From assembly GCA_002269645.1 (NCBI GenBank), contig NIVC01000994.1, forward strand, positions 62,001 to 126,000: a stretch of DNA of 64,000 nucleotides, given 5' to 3'. The DNA comes from Macrostomum lignano. Its lineage: Eukaryota. Positions within the stretch are counted from its first letter, which is position 1; each line of letters begins with the position of its first letter. Below, one piece after another: positions 36,966 through 48,294 of the stretch. Position numbers and translations under genes: made by a program. Below the pieces are notes generated by a model. It saw nothing but the letters and a program-made list of their open reading frames with translations. It had not been told where the DNA came from and made no database searches.

Positions 36966-38477
36966 CCTATCCATCATTTATTCAATATATTATTGTGCTA
37001 CTCTGTATAAAATACATTTTTAGTTTTTTTAATAAAATAAATAGTCTATAATCAGTAGTATAATCAGTTCCGTGCCTTTGCGCCTGTCAGTATTTGCAGC
37101 TTTAAATTAAGCCTATAATTGTTATTTTATTCAAATAACGTTAAAGCTCTGTTTTGTCTTTCTCACTTTGCTCGGTGTGAAATCCTATTGAATAGTTTTA
37201 GGCGCTCCGAGAATAAAGCTCTATCATTCTTTCCTTCCCTCAGTAGTTTAATGCGCGTTGTTTTAAATCGAACAATTTCCTTCTATATCAGTTGTCAATG
37301 ATTTTTCTAGTTCGCGTCATAATTGTACGGCAGAGTGCAGCATACTACTGATTCCTAGTAATATTATTTGCATGCCAGATGCCAGATGCATGCCAGATCA
37401 ATAAAAATTTGATATGTGCCGGTATTGTTTGCAGAAAGAATGAATTGATGGATGATTTTACTTTCATATTTTCTAAATAAAATTGCCCCAGTCAGTGATG
37501 TAGCATTTACTGTAACTGCTTTATTGTAGCTGTCAAACTTGAAAAAAAAAGGATATAATTAATTTAATTAATTTATGTTTCTTCTGTACTTTAGTTGTTG
37601 TGCACGTGGCAAAATCTAGCTTTGTGCTAATGTATTGCGAGTCAGGTCTGATTCAGTAGAGGCAGCATTTGTTACGCCCAGATTTCTATATTCAGATGTA
37701 TAGTGTGCTACAAATTGCAACCTTAGGAAGAAGAGGAAAGAATGAAAAAAGTATAGAGAGGAGATGAGATCTGAGATTCTTGCTGTTTGATATCTTGGGG
37801 AGCAGAAGCAGCAGCTGCGTCAGTGGTTTCTGGGGCTTTACCTCTTGCTCTCTTCCACTGCCCGTCAATGCCGGGCGTCTTTGTTCAGAGCTTTGCTGCG
37901 ACAGACATCAGTGGTATAGCTAGTCTTTGTTCCTTTCCACTCAATTAAATAGCGTGCGCCACTTATATAGATAGTGTTGTCAATTGGGTGGTTTTTTAGT
38001 TACAAAAATGCTGATCGTGTCTGTCTCTTGTGTGTCTATAACCATGAAGCATAACCATGTTAATAGAGTATTTAGTATAACAAACCTGAGCTGTCAAAGC
38101 AGCTGCTATAATCGATTATTAAAGCATAGAGACTGTGTCAGTTGGTTTCCTGGCTGATTTTATCTGGCTTAGCTCTAACCATGGACTTCTATAGATAATG
38201 AATCTGGACTGGACTCTGGCCTCGTATTGAAATAGGGAAATCTAGAACTTCCTAAACTGCAAGATTTTCAAGTTAGCTTTAATTTGTTAACGCAGACAGA
38301 CATAGGGGGGTCAAGGGGGTCGGCTGACCTCTCAAGAAAAAATCCTGGATCCTAGACGGATCTAGTAAATATCTACTGGATTTCTAACAAATCTTGAGGT
38401 GACGTTAAGATTTTGTCAATTAAAAACACGAAAGGGTATTATGAAATAAACTTGCGTTTTGCTTTGCTCAAAGACCT

Positions 38478-38575
38478 TAAGCGGGCCGGATTGCTATTGT
38501 GAAGGTTCAAAGGAGCCGGATAGAGAGGCTTCGCTGGCCGCCTGTGGCCCGCAGGCCGGCGTTTGCCGAGCCCTG
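38478..38575 (-). mobile_element. hAT-type MITE end fragment
   Basis: GCGGGCCGGATTGCTATTGTGAAGG...GGCCCGCAGGCCGGCGTTTGCCGAGCCCTG; same family as the 44210 copy. Confidence 0.65.
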
Positions 38576-38877
38576 CTTTATAGATAGGTGATGTACCTTA
38601 ACCTTACTCGCACATTCTAACAAGTAACCTTCCTCCCTCCAATCCATATTCTACGAGCTAAAATGATTCGATGTCCATGTGGCTTCCTCTACTATAGCTA
38701 CATGTAGATCCGCTCACTCATCCGAGCTGATCTCCTATTGGACAGAAGCAATGCTTGACCAATCCTTCCCGGTCCTGGAGTGTGTATGTATATGCATCCA
38801 GAATACCCACTAGCCTAGTTCAGTCCTTGTGTTCAAGCAGAAATTTGAAGCCATACACACGGACTCACAGAGGGATT

Positions 38878-41800
38878 ATGTTTTTAACTCAACATCCGTC
38901 CAAGTTCGCAGCAGCATGGCTAGTCCTGGCCGCTGTTCTGTTCTCGGGTCCTCTGGTTGTTCTCGGACGAGGCGACAACGTCTGGCGGGACGAGTTGACG
39001 CTGCTGCAGGCTCGGGTTGCGGCCGCCTGCCTGACCAACTTCAGCTACGCCGAACTGGCTGAACAGGTGAGTCAATGCGAGATGTAGAGAGCTCTGTTAT
39101 CATTAGGCTGGACTTTCTGCCGCAGGTCAGGGCAAAAGACGGCCGGGCAGCCAGCAGAGTCAAGCAGTCATGTCCGTTCTGCTGACCCCTCGGCACGCTG
39201 CAGGCAAACACTCATAGGGTGTGTGCAGCAGCCGTGACTTTCTCATCGTCCAGGCATGTACACTCTGTGCCTTAGGGGTTGGCCATCATGGGCGAGAATC
39301 GCATTGTACGAATCTTCAGGTTATCCTTTCCTTATCCTTTTTTTCTGCAGGGTTTGAAATTTCCGTCAAGTTTCCTCCAAGATCTTCATCTTGGTTCTGC
39401 CCCTTTCAGATCTTTTCAGGCTGAGCATCGCTACTCTCTCAGATCTTCGAGGTAGTTAATTTTATGTGGAGATTTTCTACTGGTTTACAAGTATTTTGCA
39501 AAAAATTCAGTTTCTTAGACAGTTTTGAGTTTTTTCTGAAGATTATAAATCATTCCTTTCCGTTAGTGTAGGAGTTATCAGAGAAATATACTTAATTCGA
39601 CAAAACATGAACAACCTGCATGTATATGATTCAGACATGCAGGTATCAAATGCAGCAATAGGGCTTTAGTCCGTTGTAAACCTTGAATTCAACCATTTGA
39701 CATTTTCGATGCTGCACTGCTTGCAGGCTTTGCGCATTAATCGTGTTTTGACGCATGCAGCTTTGACCCTAAAGCATTTTATCTCTAAATTCTAATTCAG
39801 ATAGCTAATCGTTGTCTGAGCATCGTAAATAACTTGACTTGTAAGTATCTTCTATTTCTGTGCTTGCACCAGGACATGATAATACGCGTTTAGGCTCGTA
39901 ATCTTTGGGCGTAACCTATATGGTTAATTTATTTTTTTGCTAGCGGAAGTCGTTAGGTCTGATTTGGGATGAAAATGCGCTTGAATGAATATCCATCAGA
40001 AATGACTGCGTGCACGAGTAAGGCGGCAAAGAAGAGCAGGACGAAATTGTGAACACGGCAGAACAGTTTTTCATTGAGGACACAAAAAGAGCGGGAAAAT
40101 TGTCTTTGACGACACAAGAAACAACTTGGGCACAAGAGATAACTGAACAGTGCATTCTGAAAAAGACACAAGAAATGAGAACTGAAAATTGTTCTTGAAG
40201 GCACAAAAATAATGGGAATCTGTCATCCAGTACACGAGATTTTACATAGATTGAGTAACTGAAGGCTCAAGAACTAAAAGTCCGTTATTGAAGACAAAAA
40301 TCATGGAAGACACAAGAGAACTCGGCAATGCAGTGTCCTGGAAGACACAAGAGAACTCGGCAATGCAGTGTCCTGGAAGACACAAGAGAACTCGGCAATG
40401 CAGTGTCCTGGAAGACACAAGAGAACTCGGTAGTGCAGTGTCCTGGAAGACACAAGAAAACTAGGCAGTGCAGTGTCCTGGAAGACACAAGAGAACTCGG
40501 CAGTGCAGTGTCCTGAAAGACACAAGAGAACTCGTCAGTGCAGTGTCCTGGAAGACACAAGAGAACTCGTCAGTGCAGTGTCCTGGAAGACACAAGAGAA
40601 CTCGGTAGTGCAGTGTCCTGGAAGACACAAGAAAACTCGGCCGTGCAGTGTCCTAGAAGACACAAGAGAACTCGGTAGTGCAGTGTCCTGGAAGACACAA
40701 GAGAACTGGGCAGTGCAGTGTCCTGGAAGACACAAGAAAACTAGGCAGTGCAGTGTCCTGGAAGACACAAGAGAACTCGGCAGTGCAGTGTCCTGGAAGA
40801 CACAAGAAAACTAGGCAGTGCAGTGTCCTGGAAGACACAAGAAAACTAGGCAGTGCAGTGTCCTGGAAGACACAAGAAAACTAGGCAGTGCAGTGTCCTG
40901 GAAGACACAAGAAAACTAGGCAGTGCAGTGTCCTGGAAGACTCAAGAAAACTAGGCAGTGCAGTGTCCTGGAAGACACAGGAGAACTCGGCAGTGCAGTG
41001 TCCTGGAAGACACAAGAAAACTAGGCAGTGCAGTGTCCTGGAAGACACAAGAAAACTAGGCAGTGCAGTGTCCTGGAAGACACAAGAAAACTAGGCAGTG
41101 CAGTGTCCTGGAAGACACAAGAAAACTAGGCAGTGCAGTGTCCTGGAAGACACAAGAAAACTAGGCAGTGCAGTGTCCTGGAAGACACAAGAAAACTATG
41201 CAGTGCAGTGTCCTGGAAGACTCAAGAAAACTAGGCAGTGCAGTGTCCTGGAAGACACAGGAGAACTCGGCAGTGCAGTGTCCTGGAAGACACAGGAGAA
41301 CTCGGTAGTGCAGTGTCCTGGAAGACACAGGAGAACTCGGTAGTGCAGTGTTCTGGAAGACAAACGCAGGCTAGCAGACTGCAGTCTTTGAAGATCGCTA
41401 AAAGTTCTAGCAAAGGCACTGGTAGCTGTGTGCCAGCAGCAAGATCCCCTTGGTGCACGCAGCTTCCCTCATTAGCAACGATGCAAAAGACAGATATTTT
41501 TGCCGATGGCGCTACTACAACAATCTTAATAAACTATTAGCATAAACCTTGTCAATCACCCTTGGTGCAACAACTGCCACGCGATGGAGTTCACTCGGAC
41601 GCCATGCGAATTGAAGGCTGAACTTTCTTACGCGTGCGCGTGTTGCTTGATTTTCCTTGAGAGAATTTGTTATTGCAGTGCGTCATGAAAGGTTGTTGAA
41701 GTTCCTATACTAAAAATCAAGACAAGGATAACTTCAGAATCTTATGTAGCCTGTTTCCAATATCCCACGGCCGTGTTTACACTGAACTGCAGCCTCAACC

Positions 41801-44800
41801 TCCTGTGCAGCAGATACAGATCGCCTACTTGCCCTGAAGCGAAGCACAAATGTCTAAACAAATCAGCCAGACTGTGAAAAGTACCAATTTTGCAGCGAAG
41901 CCTTGCGTTAACACATGGCCGACTCCTAAAGGGTACCAACTGCCAGAACAGAGCGGCCTGCGTTCAATCAGTCTTAGTGGCAGCAAAAATTGATTTGTCA
42001 GCAAGCAAACAGAATGGAAGGATTCTACATGGTGTCCCACCACTGCAGCTGGTCCCGATCGAAAGTATAGAAAGAGAAACTGCCTCTAGCTGGACCTTGT
42101 TCAACTGTGCCAAGATAAAAATCTCAAGTGGCTATTGATCTCCTAATGACACTTTGCACTTTAGCTTTGCGCCCGGCCAGAAATTATTGGAGCTAGAACA
42201 GAAGTTAGAACAGCACACACTAAGGGTTACGCTACTAACGCTGTCACGTGTCCTAGTAGGTCCTGCAGTGATATCCTATATACTGCCTACACGCAGATTG
42301 TGTCCTTGATGTGAGCTGTATCTGGGGCGCTATCTTAAGGTGACGCTCTATTCTTTTTAAGGGGTGGGATAGGTCTTGCCCGTTCCTGGTACCCCCCTCC
42401 CCGATCCACTCCTGACATCGATCCCATTATGAGCTCGATGTCTTCAAAAGCAATAATGGTTTACACCCTTCTGAACTTAAATTGATTTCTGATCTCAAAA
42501 ATTTTCCAACTCGTCTTCCAGGGCGGAGTTCAAAGCGAGCCTGACGTAGCCGGAGACCAACTGCTTCTTCGTTGCCGTCTCAAAGCTGATTGTGCCGCCG
42601 TAAGTGCGCAATGTTATGGTTTTATGTACGCTCTGCACTGTCAGTCGTTATATTTTCGACCTCGTTAAAAGACTATCTATATGACATTTTTTTGGATGTC
42701 AGATCAATAATGCCAATTCAAGTAGACAACTGCATCAGGGACTCAGAGTTCTCAAGCTTGGTTTCAAAGACGTGTTCAAAGAAATGTAAATTTATTTCAA
42801 AATTTAACATCACCTAAATCATAGACCTTTGTAGACCTGTCTGGACTTTAACTGAAGAGAGAACCTTTACAGATTGCTGAATGATTATAAAAAGGTACAA
42901 TGCGATTTTCTTAAAAGTAAAGAATCCTAGCCTTAGAAAGTCGTCACAATTCTCAGGAAAAATCAGGAATTTCTGTTTCCAGGCCAAGTCTCCAGAGGTC
43001 CAAGGCTTAAGTAAAGTGCCAGTCACTCTGCACTAAAATAATTTGAAAAAAAACTCTTTATTATGCAAGGACTACAGGTATAAAAAAGGACTTTCTACCT
43101 TCAAATCTACAGTGGTTTTTCGGAAGTCCAATAATCTTGCTAGGGGTAGGGTGTAAACCATGGTACACCCTGGTTTGACCATGGGGTTTTACGGTAGAAA
43201 ATTCAGAAGTTTAAAATCCATTAAAAATAATACAGCGGAGGCATGAGAAATCTGCAATTTTTAGGGTTCATAACACCAAAAGCTACACAAGACCTTGATT
43301 TCAAAGTGAATGCTTGAAATGCCAGTGAAAGCGCCAAGCAAATCAGACACATTGGATCCAACCAACGCTGGATGAGTCAGTGAGTAGCAGCTTGAGCTTG
43401 AGCCGAATTTAAGCCAAAAGCAGTCAAGTTTTCTTTCTAATTTATTCCGCCGCAGAAGAAACTGCCCGATCTTTTACCAATTTTTCCAATCGCTTCTAGG
43501 AGGGGTGACTCACACCCAGGAAAAAGATTGAGCCGTCTGTGGAATCTCCACCCCCCATCGATGAATCCCTTCTTCCCCCACCCCCGCATCGGCTGTCTCC
43601 CAGGATGATGAGTAAAGTTACGCTGCGTAAAACAACACAACGGCACAACACGATGAAGCATTAGAGGAGTCTGGACTGGCTATAAGCATCATAGTTTTGT
43701 TAGCATTATAAGCTGCCGGGCAATGAGGAGGGTCAAATGACTCACGCAGTTCCCCACGGAAGTCTGCGACGCGACCCTCGTGTACGCTGTTTATCTGTCT
43801 TACACGACAGAGCCGATTGCGTCATTCTCAATTGCTTTTTCCTCCCCGAATCTTTCCTCCGCCCGCCCACCAATTGCTCTTGAGCAGTGCTGGAACGCTT
43901 CGCTCTGGGATCCGCGGAAAACTCAGGAGGCTGACTGCGAGAAACTGTGCTCGGTGAGTGCTTAGGCTTTATTTTTCGAAATTCTGTATTTATTCATTTT
44001 CTGTTTTTACGTTTCAACTTGAGGGATCTGTCAGGAGTTTTATGTTACTAAATTTTGTGCCACTCAGATTGTCATGGAGACAGCCTGTCAGAATGTTAAG
44101 CGATTGCAAATCTTGTATGAGTATAAGCGAGTTGAAGTGACCCGACATCATACGTGTAAAATTGACATGTCTAATTGCTTAGATGGCGTCTGTAGCCCAG
44201 TGGTTAGAGCAGAGGTTGGAGAACTCCGGCCCGCAAAGCCTCTTTACCCGGCCCTCGGGTCCCTTGAAACTTCACAAAAGCAATCCGGCCCGCTCAGGGT
44301 CTCTTCTCAGCTTTCTTATACCCTCTCTCTCCTCTTCTCTCGATCCTCTCTCCACTTGGTTCCCTCCTCTCTCCCCTTTTCTTTCGTTTCTCTTCGCTCC
44401 TCTCTCATCTCATCTTCTTTCTTATATCTTCTCTTCTTCCCTCTCTCGTCTCTCCTCTTATCTCATCTCTCCTCTCATCTCTCTCGCCTTTCCCTCTCTT
44501 CTCTCATCTCTCGTTTCATCTTTCATCATCTTTCTCTTCTCTACTTCCTCTCCCCTCCTCTCATCTGGCTCGCAGCCATTAGCAAGGTTCTTTACCTGGA
44601 CCTTGAGGAAAAAAAGTTTGCCGACCTCTGGGTCAGAGCGTCGGACTCACGACGGAAAGGTCGGAAGTTCGATTCTCGACCCAATCGGAACAATTTGTGT
44701 CATTGAGCAAGACACTTAACTCTGCTTTGCTTCAGTTCACCCAGCTGTAAAATGGGTGCCAGCATTAGCTGGGGTAATTGAGGCTGTGTGTGGCGACCCC

Positions 44801-47800
44801 CCCCCCAGTCCTTGGACTCAACAGCCGTACGCAGCCTTTAGATAGCTGCACATCTGTCCATCAGGGCAGGTGTAATAAAAATGCTTGAAAATACACGACC
44901 TACAAACTATAGTTGGATCTCAACTCAACGACGCTTGTAATAAATTGCAGCAAAATTACCGAGTGTTGAAATGCAACTGCAGACGCAAAAAAACTTTTTC
45001 CAACCTAAGCCACGAGTAAATCGAGAGAGACAGATTACAGATACGTTTGGGTCCTATAGAGCCTGAGAAAATTCGGAATAGCGAATGATGCAGCCTTGCT
45101 AAGGACGTTTTTTTCCACTTACAGTAGCAGCAGTCGCATATCTACATGCAAAATCTCTACACGTAACAAAAAATCGCCACACCGAAGAACTCGACTGGCT
45201 GCCTCGGTTCCTGCTGCCAACTGTCGGCACTGTTCCACCAGCCGCAGCCCCCGGAGGTCAGAACTCTGCCGCCAGTGCCGCTCGTATCGGTGCGCAACGG
45301 CCAGCTGCACTTTGACGGTGTTGACTGGACGAAGCGACGAGGAAAAGCGGTGCAGCTGGTGCTGGCAGTGCAGGCTCGGTTTGACTCTGTCGACTCTGGT
45401 GGGCAGACGGGCAGCAGCGGCTGGCGCAACCTCAGCCTGCTGGCCGGCGGTCCCGGACCCGTCCGGCTGGAGGAGCCCCGGCCGGGTCATCGCTACCAGT
45501 TCCGGGCGGCCACGGTGTCTCCCGATGGCAGTCGGGGCTTTGGAAAACCGTCGGAGCCGCTGACGTTGCTGCCATTGCAGTCGACAAGGCCGCCAGCTGT
45601 CCGGCTGAGCGGCGGCCGAGCCAGCTTCGATGAGTCGACGGCGGCCGGCTGGGCCAGCGTGGCCGTCTGGTGGTCGCTGATCAATGGCAGTGTTGGCGAC
45701 ACGGAGTACGGCTTTCAGGTAGGCTGCTTACAGGTAGGTTGCTTACAGGTAGGTTGCTTACAGGTAGGTTGCTTACAGGTAGGTTGCTTACAGGTAGGTT
45801 GTTTACAGGTAGGTTGCTTACAGGTAGGTTGCTTACAGGTAGGTTGTTTACAGGTAGCGCCTTATCGAACTCGTTGCCTATAGCTATAAACAGATTTTGC
45901 AGATTTGCCTTTTACATGGTGTAAAAAAATTGGAGTTTACCATAGTTTAAAAAGTCTTAGTTAAGAATAAAGGAATCAACTGAAGTGATGGGAACAACCG
46001 AAATTTCTTGCCTGATTTGAATTTGGATACATATTTGTAACAAACGATGTCTCTCAGATTAAACAGAAGTGTTTTACAGGTTATTCGCAATTTATTTCAA
46101 CCTTTTCACCCGCTGCTTGCAGGTTAGCTGGGCCAAAGCCGCAGCTGGTGTGGATGAGCCGTCTGCTGCTAATTCAGCTGTGAAGATATCGCAGTCACTG
46201 CCTGGAGTGAGTGTGATATCGCACGTGTGATATTTACCTGATACTTAGGTAACTATGGTACCTATGGTACTTACCCTGCACCTGCATTGCCATTTTCTTT
46301 CAACTTTTTCAGACGGCAAGAAGTTACCAGATCGAACAACTTGATCCCGATTCACTGTATCACATTGAGGTGCGTGTATTGAGCACAGGTCTATTGAGCA
46401 CTGTTTCACACAGCTACTAACAGTAGGAATAAAGGGTACTTCAATATTATGATCTAAAACATTGAAAAGTCGCCATCCTTTGCGCCGATAAGCGACTGGC
46501 CTTTTAGCTCGTACGAGAAGTTTGTTATAATAAACAAAAATTTTTATAGAATTTCCTGTCAAGTCTATGACTATTCAAGCTTCGTGTAGCTTGTTGATCT
46601 TGTACTGTCAATTTTGATAATTTCTTAAAGAAAATCATGTTTAAAGCAGAACAGCATCAGCCCTGAGAGCCAGCTATCTAATCTAAGATATCAGCCTCCC
46701 CTGTGAACTTTTTGGCCTACCAACAACTCCCAATTGATCCTTGGCATCTGAGCCTGACGCTTGATGCCTTACGCAGGGACTACTTAAACTAGTTTAAGTA
46801 AATGGCCTTAAGTGGCCTTACGATTAGAAAGTCAGGGCCGCTGTACACCCTGCCTGAGTACAGTATTGGCGCGTATGTTATGTGCTCAGGAGACTGCAGA
46901 ATGTCGCCGAAGGTGTTGCGCCAGTGTGCCCGCAGCCCCCCTGCAATTATTGATTATTTCTGACACGCCCAGGTTCGCTCCCTGACCGCCAGCGGCATCT
47001 CAGGCCCGCCCAGCCGCATCAGCGTCAGCACCGCCAGACAGCCACCGCCCGCCACCTCTTGGCTTCAAGACCGGGCAGGTGGGAGCTCCTCCAAGAGTAG
47101 TGACAACGGCGGCTGTCCACCTGACGATGACAAGTCGTATCAAACCTACACGCCGAGGACCAGCTTCGCGGACAATGCTGACGGCGTTGTAGCCACGGTA
47201 GGCCTGCTGACCGCCGGTTCCGGTCAGCCGATATTTCTGTTAGAGTGGCGGCGACGCGTCTGCATCGGGGCGCGCGGCGTTGGCGCCAGCGCGGCTTTGT
47301 CTGGCGCCATTCTTACGACTGCCCAAGAGGTGACTGCCAAAAGATTGGCTTTCTTATCTTTGTCACGCATGTAGAATTCGAAACTAAATTGCTCCAAATT
47401 TTCGAAAATTTCAAATGCAAACAAATACTATTAGCTAATACCACACACCACAAACCACAAATACTAAAAAGCGGTTTTACTGCTGGTGTATCTCGCTTGG
47501 CTTGTGTCTCGAAAGTTCATATTAAAACATTAGCAGTATTTGCTAAATAAGTTGGAACCGCACGAACCTCGCTTGCAGCTGCGCAACTCGACAGTGCGCC
47601 TGGGCGGCCTGGAGTTCAACTGCCACTACTGGGCTCGCCTAACGGCACTGCCCCACCGGCATCGGAAGTCTGTGCCATCGTCGATGCCTGCGCTGCCAAG
47701 GCCGAGGAAAACTGCTGCCGTCGAGTGGTGCTTTGTCACCCCGGCTGACTGCCGTGGCCGGCCTGGCTGCGGACCAGAAAGTGAGGAATCTGGTGAGAAT

Positions 47801-47858
47801 TATTAATTAGTTAGTTAGTTAGTCAGTTAATTAGTTAGTTAGTTAGTTAGTTAGTTAA

Positions 47859-47949
<91 letters not shown>

Positions 47950-48096
47950 ATTAGTTAGTTAGTCAGTTAGTCAGTTAGTTAGTTAGTTAGTTAATTAGTT
48001 AGTTAGTCAGTTAGTCAGTTAGTTAGTTAGTTAGTTAGTCAGTTAGTTAATTAGTTAGTTAGTCAGTTAGTCAGTTAGTTAGTTAGTTAGTTAGTC

Positions 48097-48163
<67 letters not shown>

Positions 48164-48164
48164 C

Positions 48165-48247
<83 letters not shown>

Positions 48248-48248
48248 C

Positions 48249-48294
<46 letters not shown>

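Noticed and set aside
39350-39452. Extra anosmin exon (good acceptor TTTTTTCTGCAG, donor GTAGTT)
   Set aside because: It ends in phase 2, which is incompatible with the neighbouring phase-0 exons, and encodes no anosmin-like cysteines.
41400-43760. Transposase remnants in anosmin intron 1 (ATRWSS at ~41580; DSAERT at ~42630 on the minus strand)
   Set aside because: Only isolated short motifs on opposite strands amid many stops; superfamily and boundaries cannot be supported.
44185-44260. tRNA gene
   Set aside because: The head is interrupted by a MITE and continues into a CORE domain, so it is a SINE. The tRNA-like pieces at 28120-28185, 57975-58045 and 58105-58150 also lack a full cloverleaf.
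44074-44719. 178-210-aa ORFs, and similar ORFs at 63226-63959 and 14434-14808
   Set aside because: They lie within CT-rich MITE interiors; low-complexity artefacts.
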